Of a stretch of DNA of 64,000 nt, positions 39,596 through 53,768 are shown piece after piece (within the stretch, counting starts at the first letter, position 1; the number at the start of each line of letters is the position of its first letter). This stretch comes from Antedon mediterranea (Eukaryota; Animalia; Echinodermata). Location of the stretch: positions 24,874,070 to 24,938,069 of the forward strand of contig NC_092671.1 of NCBI RefSeq assembly GCF_964355755.1. Reading direction: 5' to 3'. Made by a program: the position numbers and the translations under genes. The notes under the pieces were generated by a model that ran no database searches, was not told the origin of the DNA, and worked only from the letters and a program-made list of their open reading frames with translations.

Positions 39596-41530
39596 CAGTG
39601 TTCTCCCCAGGATTCACATCAAGCGTCACGCTTGCCCCCCCCCCCCCCCGAGGGAGGGGGGGGGCATTCTGACACTAAGTACTTGAGTCACAGCCCCACC
39701 ATGGTTGGGGCTGTGGCGAAGCGATTTTTGGTAATTTACACCCTAGATGGCCGGAAATGGTACTCTCGCACATAAAATTTATGTTGAATGACACCTCTGG
39801 TTTGGCCGGAAATAACACTTATAGCGCGCTAGCAAACAACAAAACGATCGTAGCCAACTTTTTCCGCCGGTAAACATAAGCGAAGAAACATTTTTTGCGT
39901 TCATTACGAACGTCAGGGGGAAGCCCCAATGGAAAAAATAGGCCTAATCTATTAGCCTACTCATCAGTAGGACAACTCTAGTTGGCCGGAAACGAAATTT
40001 ATAGCGCACTAGCAAACAGTAAAACCATCGTAGCATACTTTTTCCGCCAGTAAACATACGCGATAAAAAAATGTTTTTGCGTTCAATACGAACGTCAAGG
40101 GGAATTCCCCGATGAAATAAAACTAGGCCTACTCATGAGTAGAACAACTCTGTAGTTGGTCGGAAAGACACTTCATAGCGCGCTAGCAAACCGCACGATC
40201 GTAGCCTGCTTTTTCCGCCGGTAAACATACGCGATAAGAAACATTTTTTGCGTTCATTACGAACGTCAAGGGGAATTCCCCGATGAAATAAAAAATGCCT
40301 ACTCATCAGTAGGACAACTCTGTAGTTGGCCGGAAAGGACACTTCATAGCGCGCTAGCAAACAGCCCGATTGAGCCTACTTTTCCGCAGGTAAACATACT
40401 GTACGCGATATATGAAAAAAAAATATGCCTCATCAGTAGGCAACTGTAGTTAGCCGGAAACGACACCTCATAGCGCGTTAGCAAACATTAAAACGATCGT
40501 AGCCTACTTTTTTTTTCCGCCGGCGGGTAAACATATGCGATAAAAAAACATTTTTTGCGTTCAAATACAAACATCGGGGGCAAGTCCCGATGAAATAAAA
40601 CTAGGCCTACTCATTAGTAAGACACCTCTAGTTGCCCGGAAATAAGACTTCATAGCGCACTAGGAAATAGGAAAACATTCGAAAGAGAGACATGGCAGTA
40701 ACAAAACACGTGCTTACATCTCTCGGCGGCGGCCGGTGAAAGCACCATGTGACATACAGTATCGCAGTACTGATATCACAATACCATGTAACATCCCTTG
40801 TCACTCGACTTTCTCACGAAGTAGGGCCTAAAACATTCTAGCACCGATGTACAAATGTACCTTAAGTTAAGTGAAATAAAGACTTTAGCGCACTAGCAAA
40901 TAGGAAAAAACGATCGTAGCCTTCTTGAATGTATTATACGATCAAAGCAGCTGGCATTGAATTGCGCCTAGAAATCATTTGATGACGTGCGTATGTTACC
41001 AACGAAAGAGTAAATCCCACCGATAGAGTCGATTAATTCAGTGTGATATTGAAAATAATAATATCATCGATATTTATTTTTAATACACATAACATTTTTA
41101 CAAGAAAAAAAATACAATCAATCATTTACTTTATTTACAATATACAAGTTACTACACTTTAGACAACAGCCAAATACTAGAGATCGAAAGAGAGACATGG
41201 CAGTAACAAAACACGTGTTTACATCTCTCGGCGGCGGCCGGTGAAAGGGAGTCTCAGTTTAGTTGTTTAACACTTTGTTACGCAGTCTTTTGTTTTTCGT
41301 CTAGTGGTCATGTCACGTGTCTCGTATGCATTAGGCTCTTTATGCATGCCGCGCCTCAGCTCTAGAAAAAGTACCGTACCTGCCTGTTAATCTATTTTTA
41401 GATTGTTGTGGTTGATATTTTTAAGCGTCACGGATAAGGTTTTAAGCGTCACGGCCGACCGTAAAGCGTCACGGTAGAGAACCCAAGCGTCACGGTACCG
41501 TGACGCTTCAAAGGCCTGGGGAGAACACTG
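39596..41530. mobile_element. hAT-like non-autonomous element with internal ~180-bp tandem repeats
   Basis: Perfect 16-bp TIR CAGTGTTCTCCCCAGG; subterminal AAGCGTCACGG repeats; 4-5 diverged ~180-bp units at ~39790-40680; TSD imperfect. Confidence 0.78.
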
Positions 41531-42393
41531 CGGTATAATAATATAATAATATTATTTATTATTTTTATTCTAAGTGATGTTTTATTGGGGAGGTGTTGGG
41601 CGTTTATTTAAATACTGTAAATAACATCCTAAAATTGGTATAATTTATACATTATTTAGTTTAAACATCTTTTGAAACTAACTTCCGCGACAGAGTGGGC
41701 CGTTGTGGCCCAAGGAGGAAGACATTTTAGACGGCTTGCAACATGGGCAGAAGTATCCTAGGGTCCTAACGGACACAGACAGTTATTTCTGTCAGCTTAT
41801 TAATAACTCTGGGTTTCACTCGATTTCAAGCAAAAAGTCTTTATCAGTTCTCCCTATGTAATTTTATATACTATTCCCCCCACATTTCCTTGAATGCTTT
41901 ATTGCGTATATTTAATTTGATCTTTATTAATTTGCAGTATAATTTTTATTTTGCTAACTACTGTACCTTCACACAATCTGAAAATAAACAAAAAACTAAA
42001 ATGGCTATCGCCACCAATGGCCAACTTAGTTGAAACCAGGAAGTTGCAAGAAGGTGAACCTGTTAACTCACCGTGAACCCGAAAATTATTTTGACCGCGT
42101 ACAGTTGAAAATCTACTGATGAAATCAGAAATTTTGTTTTAAAACCCTTTATAATATCTTCCTAAGATAGAAATATAGAACAATATCGTAATAGTGAAAC
42201 TATGTTATCAAATCTATGTTTCAAGGTACATCTGAGATAGATCAGGCAGGTATCCAAGGCGGAGATTTGTCCCGAAGTTTTACCATTGTGCTTGCCTATC
42301 TCAGAATTAACCATAATTTATATTATATAGATACAGAGTGCACACCTGTCAATTTCGACCTAACTTCTTTCACTTATGTTTTTCTTTTTACAG

Positions 42394-42533
42394 GCGGTAC
42401 ATTAGAGAGTATATTAGCACAAGATGGCCAGCTACCAGAGAGTTGTATATTGTCATTTGGATTGGACCTAGTACGAGGTCTTCACTACCTTCATTCACTT
42501 GGTATTTTGTTTTGTGATCTGCAACCATCTAAG
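42394..42533 (+). CDS. ULK4: ULK4 coding exon (GGTLESILAQDGQLPE...LHYLHSLGILFCDLQPSK)
   Basis: ULK4-type FCD catalytic-loop substitution; TTTACAG acceptor and GT donor; phases consistent; 140 bp. Confidence 0.95.
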
Positions 42534-43846
42534 GTACAGTTATAATTATATGATCATTGGTAATCATTCATTTACAAATATCAAAATACAGTAGTTACAA
42601 AATAATAAAATAAAACTACTGTAGTGTAACAATCATTAAACAGAATTGTACAGATTTAGCACAATGCTCACATCATATTATTTTTTATACAGTAATTTCG
42701 TATTTTAATATTTGTGTATGAAAAGTGTGCATGCATAAAAAACAAACAAAGATCACAAGATTGTCTACACAAAGACAAAGTATTATAACAAGTCTTTGTG
42801 AGTGGAGTTGTTCTGTCATTAGAACAAAATCATGGCATCTGACAGGAATTGAACCCAGGGCCCTGGGATTGGTAGCTGTTGATGTATGGTGGAACAACTT
42901 GATTGTAGTGTACAGGCCCTGGGATTGGTAGCTGTTGATGTATGGTGGAACAACTTGATTGTAGTGTACAGGATAAGACCAGGTTTTTCCATGTTTGGTT
43001 TTTAATTGTTTTGAATGTTAATATTATTACAGTATCATACTAATTACTTGTGGTGACTGTTTTATAATTATATCCACAGGGTAAATTTTAAAAAAGTGTT
43101 TCAAAATTGACTCCACTTATGAATCATGACAAATGAAAATCAGTATGCCTTCATGCCATAATGGTGACTAAAGTTACTGGTAAAACCATTTTTAGGAATT
43201 TTGTTTATATTTTATTGTTGTTTTTAATGAAGAAACAAAAATACCATGCCAATGCCATCATACAGTATACAGTATACAAATTAGATCCCATGAGAGGGAG
43301 TGCCTTAGTATAAACCAGTTCTACCATAAACCAGAAAATCCATCTGACCAAAATAAGATCTTATAGATAACAATCGTGTGCGTCATATTTACTTGTTGGT
43401 AACAAGTCTAACTACTCTGTAATCATTTTCAGAGTTTACAAATTTAGATCAACCTACTGTACTGTATTAAAAAAAGTTACTATGGATAAATAATTTAAGT
43501 GTGAATAATAAATATTGTACTTGTATAAACATTAAAGCTATAATGCAAGCTAAAAAATGGAAATGTACAGAATGTAAATTGATGTTAGAGATGAGCAACT
43601 GTTTGTAGACAGACCTTGTATCCTGCTTATTAAAGGTGTATTACCTGCTTATGATGTGTGTAGGAGGACACCTTTGCATGTCAGCATTGTCCCTGCATCT
43701 CAACTATTCCAGGAAAATTGTTTTTTAATTACTATTTTCAAATAAAATGACAATATTTGTTGTTGTTTGTACAATTTAACCTTCACAAACAAGCAAATAA
43801 ATGTGAAAAAAAAAATTCTGACCTAAATAGGCCCTAACCTAGTTAA

Positions 43847-46800
43847 GAGAGCCAGTCACTAAAAATCAAACATTAGGTGGCAAGGGTCAAAATTTCGAAT
43901 TGGCTCATATTTTGCACATTGGTAGACCTTGATGTAAGTAAACCTGATGTGTAGATTGTTTGGTAAAATATCGCTTAGTTTTCGAGAAAATCGAAAAATA
44001 ACGATTTTCGGCCAATTTTGTTAATTTTTGGTGTATAATTTACATTAAGTTTAACAGCCTCTGGAAGCCAAACGTAGCAACCTAGCGTTTCAATATTTTA
44101 CACTTACGTTAACTAGCATCTTGACAATAATTTAGTAAAGTTTCAAAAAATTTGATGAAATTTTAAGATTTTGACTAATTAATTACTAATTAGCATAAAT
44201 AAAACTCTTAAAAGTAGGGTAAAAACAAACGGGTTTTTTTTCATGTGCGACGAATTTTTGTAAAATAAAAAAGTCATCAATCTAAAGTTTAGATACTAAT
44301 ATTTATGAATCAAGTAAAACAAATTTGGGGAAACTATTTTGCGCTCCGCGCCAGAGCCACAAAGTTGTAAGAAATTCAAAGATTTTATCTGTCGGCAAGA
44401 TCAATCAGATGTACCTATTGTTCTCTATTTAGCAATCTAAGTCGAATTAAGCCAAACTTTTATTACGAGAAACAAACTTGAAAGATAAATTTTGAATTAA
44501 GTTGCAATTTAAACACAAACTAAAAATACGTTTCTGGTAAAATTTCAATTACTAACCAATATACGAAATTAAGCAATTAACTAAAAATCACTCGCTTATT
44601 CTTTGTCAAACCACATTATTATAAATAATTCCATCCTCTCATAGTTTATAGGATAAAACTGAAAAACAAATTTGTTTTAACTTGTTATCGTTTTCCTGTT
44701 TGTCGAACCTGGTCGAACTTACTCAACGAGAATGTTTCAAAACATTAACCACCGTAGACAAAACACTTTACTGCGTATATTCGATAGATAACGATCTTCA
44801 TTGACGTTGACAACGGAACAGATTTGTTATCCATTTTAGTTTATGTCTTACAATGTAAAGACGTGTTGAAAATAATTCTTATATATAATTATTGTGTGAT
44901 GGCTTTAAGTTCAAACAAAATGGAGATTTCATGTTCTTTTAAATCGGTTGTCGGCGGAGCTTGTGGATTCGATAGAAAAGACCGCAAACAGAGCACTGAA
45001 GTCCTACCTTTACAAGCATGCCAGAAGGAAATCGCTGCACACAGATACATGTTTAGGTTTACGGGCATCGATAGTGAGTGGTACTATTTGTGCAGCAGGG
45101 AAATGGAAATAAAAGGTGTGAGTCACATCAACAACATATAGTATGGAAGCAGGTCCATGAAGGTGTGGATGGCGTATGGTGTTGGTGCAGGACAAAATCT
45201 ACTTTTGAGTAAATTCTGTGTGCCTTCGAAGCTACCCAATTTAATTCATAACCAAGATACAACGTCTGATTAAAATAAATCAAGTATCATCTATTGCAGT
45301 AAAAGCAAGAATACAAGCCAAGACATCTCATGAAGAACAAGCTGATATAAATGGCGACGAACAAATAGAAAGAGAAGAAAGTCCTGGCACCCTCAGCAAA
45401 TTGTTCTTTTGTCGCGAACAAGGTTGCATTGGGTCATATCAGAGGTACTCTTCCCTAGAGAAACACTTAGATTATGAAAATCACAAGAACGCACTAGAAC
45501 ATGAAACACTTTATGACAGGGCAATGAAATTAATCAACACAACTAGAAGAGGGTACTTCTAAAAATCCAGAACCAACAAGAACCAACGATTTGCCACGGT
45601 TTGACATTGGCCCCAAACTGCAAATGGGCGTTAAAGTCCTCTGCAAAAAAAACCTGATTTTCTGTACCACAGAAAACCTACCTTATTGATGTTTTTGACG
45701 CTGGAGAGCAGACGGGACAGAAAGCTGATCCATGTGATGTCTCACGAGAGATGAGATCGGCCGATTCAAAAACGGAAAAGGAAAGAGAAATTCAACTTTT
45801 ATCGCAAACCGTACTGAACACAATAGGCTTGCAGCATCCAATAATGTTTGAAAGCATAATATTTGTGAACTGAAAGCTCAAGAAAAACTCTCCAGATTCT
45901 CTTTGCCAATGTTGCAAGAAATGTGTACTTCTCTTGAACTTGATACCACAGATATAACCATAAAGCGCAAGAAGCCATACATTGATTTGCTGGGAAAGAT
46001 GGTTTCCATGTGCAGTTGCTCGAGTGATTAAGGTAGCAATGAAGGTTTTTTATTTATTTATTCGACTTCTCACTAACTCACTTAGTGAAGGATCTGGACC
46101 AACAGGTGGTAAACACCTCTAAAACGGCCCAGTCCCAATTTGCACAGTGGCTGTGTGTGACACTGACAGTGGCTGTGTTTGTGTGGACTAGTACACCGGG
46201 GTAATCCCCTACTCGTCTCGAAAGATGTACTAGGTTCTCTAAAGTGCGCATGAGCTATGTGTACACTGGACCTACGGTTTATAGTCCTTATCCGAGAAGA
46301 CTCGTTCTACCACCAGAACCATGGAGCGAGTGAGCCTCGAACCCTTGCCGATGTTATGTCTACTTAATTACGGTTCCACTGTCTTAACCGCTCGGCCACT
46401 CACTCACTCATAAGGTAAAAAATAAGGTAAAACTATGTCTGTAAGAATTCTTTAAAATAACAATTTAATATGTGGGACGATTCTGTAAATTTTTAATAAA
46501 GCGAAGGGATGAAACAATGGTTTACAAGTTTACAAACAATTTATTGTTTAGGCTACGAATTATTAGGAAATTTCGCACGAGCACATGAACGTTATCGAAT
46601 GTCACCATTCTACTCATTTGCATAACAACAGAGTTCAGTGAACATTTGCGTTAACGTACTTGCTCGTTTTGATTTCGCGCTTCGACGGGAAGTGTAGAAC
46701 GCAACGCATGTGTAGCGCACGCAACATACGCCACACGTATTAAAACAAATCATGGGTTTATAGAGACTAAGCCTAGCCAGGCATGTTTAATCATGTTTTG

Positions 46801-47830
46801 GTTAACGTTTTCATTTACGCTATTTTTTAAAAATAAGGTTCTCGACGCACGTAACTAAAGTTTTTCGTAATGCTTGCGCACGCACAGCAAGTTGTTTACA
46901 AAGTGGGCGGAGCTTGGAAAATAGCGTTAACATGCTTGTGCGAATACTCCCTATATGAGAAGATAAGAACATTATGTTATATAGCCTGTTTTCCACTAGG
47001 CGAAATTATTCGCGCAAATCAAACATTTTCGCGTATACGCGCACGTCAAAGGGAACACTTTGTTGATAAAAATAAACTGCGCATGCGCGCGTATAGTGCA
47101 AAAAATAATAATATTATTATTATTATTATATTATAATAATAATAAGAATAAATTCACCTAGTGGAAAATATAACAGGTGATGAAGCTAAGCGAGTTATAA
47201 TATTGAGCTCAGATAGTAATTGCTTAATTTCATGGGTCAGTCGTTTAAATTTGACTAGAAATTTATTTTTAGATGTTTTTATATTAAAACGTAATTCCAA
47301 ATTATTCAGGACCTTTAAAGTTTGTTTCTCGTAGTAAAATTTACCTTAAATCTGTAAATAGAGAACAATAGGTACATCTGATTGATCTTGCCGACAGATA
47401 AAATCTTTGAATTTCTTACAACTTTGTGGCTCTGGCGTTTGTTTTTACCCTACTTTTTAAGAGTTTTATATATGCTAATTAGTAATTAATTAGTAAAAAT
47501 ATTAGAATTTCATTAAATTTTTTGAAACTTTACTAAATTATTGTCAAGATGCTAGTTAACGTAAGTGTAAAATATTAAAACGCTAGGTTGCAAAATTTGG
47601 CTTCCAGAGGCTCTTAAACTTAATGTAAATTATACACCAAAAATTAACAAAATTGGCCGAAAATCGTAATTTTTCGATTTTCTCGCAAACTAAGCGATAT
47701 TTTACCAAACAAACTACACATCAGGTTTACTTACATCAAGGTCTACCAATGTGCAAAATATGAGCCAATTCGAAATTTTGACCCTTGCCACTAAATTACG
47801 AATATGTCTGATTTTTGGTGACAAGCACTC
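43847..47830 (+). mobile_element. Sola3-like DNA transposon, internally deleted, with transposase remnants
   Basis: TTAA TSD (43843-43846, 47831-47834); GAG...CTC termini; about 600-700 bp TIRs. Decayed coding at ~44940-46030 includes VWMAYGVG, a C2H2 finger CREQGC...LEKHLDYENH and GEQTGQKADP. Confidence 0.82.
46046..46409 (-). mobile_element. tRNA-derived SINE with Deu/Nin-like core, nested in the Sola3 element
   Basis: A box TGGCCGAGCGG, B box GGTTCGAGGC, core GGATAAGGACTATAAACCGTAGGTCC...GAGTAGGGG..ACCCCGGTGT, (AATA)n tail. Decayed copies at ~21410-21620, ~56600-56690 and ~56970-57146. Confidence 0.8.
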
Positions 47831-49234
47831 TTAATAGCCAAAATAGAATTGGCATAAGTCACAAATTTTTATAAGCAATAAGTAAGTATAAAGTAATATA
47901 CAATTATTATTACTTGTGTGTTGTGTACGTATATAGTTCCAAGTCATAGTTTATTGAAGCAACTTGGACAATTCAACCCCAAAACATCAAGCTTAATTTA
48001 TCACAAATGTTTGGGTCTATTATTTAATTTTTTTTTTACATTTGTGGGCGTAGTGTTCTTTTTGGTTTTTACATTTGTGGTTGTTATCACATTTGTGGGC
48101 TATGATCATTTTCACTCTTTAAATTACATTTGTTGGTGATGAGTTTTCACATTTGTGGTTGTTTTCACATTTGTGGGCGTTTTCACAGTTAGCCCAATGT
48201 GTCCATCTCAGTGCCCCCCCCCCCCACCCTGTTTAGTGGTAGCTGTATGACATTAAATATTGGTGTGGTACTGTACCTCGTCCACAACTGCGTAATTCAG
48301 CCCATTAGGCTGCGAGTTTATTCCCACATATTTTTTAGCACGCAGCAGAAAATAAATTTACTTTACATATTAGGTATTGCTAAATAGATTTTACTGTTAT
48401 TACTGTGGGATTTAAACAATGAAATAAAAATCATATTATATTTTAGCAGTGAAAAATCACTTTACAATATATTTTAAAGGAGTTTAATCCTATTTAAACA
48501 TTTAGTGATTAAAATCCAATTCAAATTATAATGCCATTGCTATTTAAATTTAAACCACAAATCTATAATAAATTATTTTGAAATGTTTTTAATTTCATTT
48601 CAATTTAAGTGTAATTTATTTTCTGAATATTTGCATTAGAAGAATATTTATAGAAAAAACTATAAATTGATTATTAAATTATATTGGATGGAAAGCTACT
48701 GCATGTCTTACAGATAAACTTAACATAAAGTATATAGTTTTCTCTATTGAGAATAATTTTTAACTTTACTTTACAAATCAATAATATTCAAAATAATCAC
48801 TATATAAAAATAAAGAATGATAAATGAAAAATTAAACATATATTACTATTAGATGATTAATTTTCAAATTTATGTGAGTTACAATTACATATTTTAATAT
48901 TTTTAAACTACATAAAAAGTCAATTATATTTAATTATGAATTTCACTTTAACAAACATTGTTGCTACATAAAAAGAATCAATTTAACTTTAATTTGTTTG
49001 TATTTTTCTGACAAGATGTATCAAAATGAATGAATACATTATTTATAAATATAAAATAGGCCTCATTTGGAAGATGATATTGACATTAGCTTACTCTAAT
49101 TGGTGCACATTCAGAAGTTATTGTGAGTGTCTTTCATCATGTTCTATGAATACAAAGTTCATACAAAGAATATAAATCTTGATCTTTATCATGTTAAAAT
49201 CAGGATAATGTGAGTTCACTCAATGTATTTTTAA

Positions 49235-49839
49235 AGGCCAGGTGCAGGCAAAAAATGTCTATTGATCATACATTCCAATAATTATCGATTTTATAGTTTC
49301 CCCTATATTTCATAATTTTTGGGATTTTATTTGCGTTACACGAGCCTGTTGAAAATAAGCACTTTCTTATCAGTGGGGGGATAGTTCAAATTTCACAGTA
49401 AAATCTCTATTCTTTTGTACACAAATTTTGTAAATAGAGCTGAGAGTCATTTTAAAAAGCTATGAAAAATAAACAGTGTCACTGTGTGGTAAAAAATGTT
49501 AACAGATGACTAATAGGTAATATAAATTGAATTTTACATTTCTGGTATTTTTATTCAACTTCAGATTTTTATTTTCATGCTATAGCAAAAATTATCATCG
49601 CCGTATATCAACCATCTTTTTTCAGCTTCTAGGGAGTCATCAGACATGTTAACATTACGTTAAACTACTTAACTACTGAAAAAAAGTCTTCCTGGTTTAT
49701 ATGGTTGAATTTTGCCAAATTTTGTATTTGACCATATTAAGGGAAATTCATGTTTTTTCGTCTTGATTTCTGTTACAAATATTTGATTTATGTACAATAA
49801 ACCAGATATTATATTTTAAATTCATGCCGTACCTGAGCT
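49235..49839. mobile_element. Kolobok-like MITE
   Basis: TTAA|AGGCCAGGTGCAGGCA ... TGCCGTACCTGAGCT|TTAA. Confidence 0.55.
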
Positions 49840-52294
49840 TTAAAATGAATTGATTATGTTGAAATTTAACACAAAAAGGAAGATCTCTAGCCATGGATGA
49901 GATTCGAGCTTACAAATTCGCTTCATCCTCGTTTGTTTTTAAAATTCTGTAAATTCAGAAACAAACAGATACTTTTTTTTTTTTTATTTTTTTTTTATTC
50001 AATCAAAACCAACAGCGATAATTACCGCCACTAACAGGTTTGAAACATAAAACAATACCAACATCATAATGCAGGCGTACCTTTTAACAAATGCTAATAA
50101 TAAATCTATGACCTAATAATAATATTAAATAATAGTATTAGAGTATACTGTACTCATATGCATCACTATATTCTAGTGCAGTATTTTGCGTTTAAACGTG
50201 GGTAAGCTAAACCGCAAACTTGCCTGTCTTAAAACTCCGATAGAAAAATAAGCGTGTAAAACATAGCTTGTAACTTCCCAGAGAGACACCTTATCTTTCC
50301 TCTCACTTCAACCATTTTTTGTGGTCATACCGTACTTAATTTCCTGTTGCTATATTTAGTGTAACTTTTAAATTATTCATAAGTGTGTTTTAATTATTGT
50401 ACCGTCTCAAAGTTATGAAATTGGTTTTTTTTCTGTGGCTGTTTCAATGAATACAGTATAATAAAATAAACAAATATTTTTGTATTTTCTATTCAACATA
50501 ACAATTTTATTAAGAATTGAACTGGTAAAAAAACAAAATTGTACTACTGTAGGCCTACGCACTAATAATAGTAGAAAAAAGGCAATTAATCTTTACTTAA
50601 CGATTTAGAAACTCATTCATTTATAATCAATACTATTTCATGGAGTAAAGTGATAAAAAATGACTTAAAAATAATTTTCATTTTGTCATGGTAATTCTAA
50701 AGCAAGATGCTTTATTTTTATTACCTTGTCCTTCGGATGGAACATATAGTACTGTACAAGTTAAAGAACTTGACCAGATACACTTTTTAAGATCGTTCCC
50801 AGTTTGCTGATCTGGGTAGCTGCTTCACCCCTGGCCACCATAGGGCCGCAGAGGACCTAATCCAAATTTCCTCAGGTTTTAGTTCAGCTTGAGGATGATA
50901 CCTTTTTAATAATTGATTTATGACTATTCTATTGTTTTGTATATGAAGTTAAATGGAAATACCCTTAATAGTATAGTAATTTATGAGAGTTTACTCACAA
51001 CAGACCTTATCAAATGTCAGTTACATGCTTACTTTACTGCTAAATACCTTGTGGGTTTTGGTTTCATTATAGTTGTACTTTTTCAATGGTTTCCATTACC
51101 AATTGATTAAGAAAATGGTTTGGAAATGTGTAGACTACTTGACCATAAGGAATTCTTTAGTGACAGATTTGGCACAGGAAGGTCTGTCATAAAGTTCAAT
51201 GGCTGTAGAGAGCTTTCAACCACTTGTCACATGATCGATGATGTACATTTATTTATTAATATATTGCATGTTAATTAGGTGATCATTTAGAATAAAATGA
51301 TCACCTATTGTTATTGTATCAAATCTTTATTGTTATTATTGTTTCTGGGCACTATTTTGTGTAACAAATATCTAAAAAAGTTTAATGTCAATGATTACCA
51401 AAATTTCACAATGTCTTTCAAATACTGTAACTGATATTTGCTATTGGTAATGGGAAGGTATTGTTTTGTTATTATATAATCTGTCCTCTCTACTATTTTT
51501 ATCCATGACCTATTTGTGATGTTCACATTGGTCAACATTTATATCTTCTAATCCCCTCCCCCCCCCCCTTTTTTTCCTATTAAGTCATGTCATCTGTGTT
51601 TTAAAAAAATAGTGTGTTTTGAAAATTTAAAATAAATGATTAAAATAAAAGACAAAATAACCAGCTATTAACCAGAAACCATGTTGTCTTCCAGAAAGTG
51701 GAGCTTTTTTTCATTAGAATACAGTTCTTAAAATGGCCTATTCTACAAAAAATGTTATTTTCTTAAAGGGAAAATATTATTCCTTCAATTAGTATCTGTC
51801 AATTATACTGTAGAAAGTACTGATATATTTTACACAATAAAATAGACAATGTTACTTTACTCTATTTTTCAAGAACATAGTACAGTAGTGCTGAATAAAA
51901 TTCTGTTGTTATAAACAAGTACTGTTATAGGTCAAAAGTAAGAAACATTGCTGTAGTTTGCATAGACAGGGCTGGCTGTATTTATCACAGTAGGTTCCAT
52001 ATTAAACTAAATAAGATCTACATTCACAGCCCAGTATGATAGGCATTTATTGCTAGTGGTATACATATTTTACTGACCTTTGGTAATTTTATAACTGATT
52101 TAATCCTACCTTGCTGTTTTTCCTACATTGAATATACTCTGCAGTGCAATACACTATATACCAAAAGTCTTTAGCCTATGCAGTGGATAGGGTAATTTAA
52201 AAAGACCCATAATGAAATTTAATTCATGTTTTTTTAATCATGTATTATGAAGGTTTCTTTGGTCCAAACCCCGGGATCAGACTGACTAGCAAAA

Positions 52295-53760
52295 TCTATA
52301 TTATAAGTGAGACAGTTTGTACGTTTGTTGCTTGGCCAAATTAAAAATTCGCCAAGTATGTTGATCGGTGCGGTTTGTGTGTGTTTGTTTGTTTTGTTGG
52401 GGGGAGGGGAGGGGAGGGTGGGGGTAGGGGGATGTAGAGGGTGGGGGTAGGGGGATGTAGAGGGTGGGGGTAGGGGATGTAGAGGGTGGGGGTAGGGGAT
52501 GTAGAGGGTGGGGGTAGGGGGATGTAGAGGGTGGGGGTAGGGGGATGTAGAGGGTGGGGGTAGGGGGATGTAGAGGGTGGGGGTAGGGGGATGTAGAGGG
52601 TGGGGGTAGGGGGATGTAGAGGGTGGGGGTAGGGGGATGTAGAGGGTGGGGGTAGGGGGATGTAGAGGGTGGGGGTAGGGGGATGTAGAGGGTGGGGGTA
52701 GGGGGATGTAGAGGGTGGGGGTAGGGGGATGTAGAGGGTGGGGGTAGGGGGATGTAGAGGGTGGGGGTAGGGGGATGTAGAGGGTGGGGGTAGGGGGATG
52801 TAGAGGGTGGGGGTAGGGGGATGTAGAGGGTGGGGGTAGGGGGATGTAGAGGGTGGGGGTAGGGGGATGTAGAGGGTGAGGGTAGGGGGATGTAGAGGGT
52901 GGGGGTAGGGGGATGTAGAGGGTGGGGGTAGGGGGATGTAGAGGGTGGGGGTAGGGGGATGTAGAGGGCGGGGGTAGGGGGATGTAGAGGGCGGGGGTAG
53001 GGGGATGTAGAGGGCGGGGGTAGGGGAGGGTGTTTGAGAGGGGTGTTTGAGAGGATGGTGTGGTGGGGATTTCTGCTTTGGCTAGGGGTAGTGGGCTATC
53101 AAATTGACCAGAATTGTAATAGGACATTATTAAGTATTAATAATTATCTTTGAGAAGGGGCTGGGAGTGGTGGGGTCGTAAGTCTTTCAACATGACTGAA
53201 ACTGTACTGGGAGTGTAATTTACAACCTACATTTGAAAACTGGCACTGAGGGGTTATGGGTTGGGAGTAATGGCTTAACACACATCACCCAGAACGGGGT
53301 GTGTTGGGAGGGCTAGGGGGAAGGGTAGAAATACTAGAATTTGGAGGTAATAGAAGTTCAACATAATTGGAATTGTACTGGGAATTGAAAATTTACTACA
53401 TTTGAACAGTTGGGAGAAGTTAAGGTTTGTTGATTGCTGTGTGATAAGGAGAGGAGAGAGATACAGGGCTGGGAAGAGGTAATTCAGCGGTATCCGAATT
53501 AGATATTTTATTCATTAGCCAATATGACACCTATTCATTTACATAGTTTGCAAAGTACCATGCCTATCAGCTATGTATTGCACTCTTATTAAGACGCTAC
53601 AGTATCAAAATGACCACAATTGTACTAGGAAATTTCTAAACTATATTTCAACATCATCTGCCATCTTGGATCCAATTTTGGTGAGAGAGGGGGTTAGGAG
53701 ATAGGGTGTGGTAGTTGGGGTTGAGGGGATAGTGGGGATTTTGCTTGAGTATGGGGCAGT
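52295..53760 (+). mobile_element. Second copy of the same Helitron family (3' end not found)
   Basis: Starts A|TCTATATTATAAGTGAGACAGTTTGTACG. Shares AGCCAATATGACACCTATTCATTTACA and other blocks with 18000-19260 in reverse orientation. Confidence 0.75.
52415..53025. repeat. 20-bp G-rich minisatellite, about 30 copies
   Basis: (GAGGGTGGGGGTAGGGGGATGTA-like)n, nearly homogeneous. Confidence 0.97.
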
Positions 53761-53768
53761 AGGGGGTG

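Noticed and set aside
52234-53127. 297-aa proline-rich extensin-like ORF
   Set aside because: Translation of the 20-bp G-rich repeat cycling through frames; no signal peptide or splice support.
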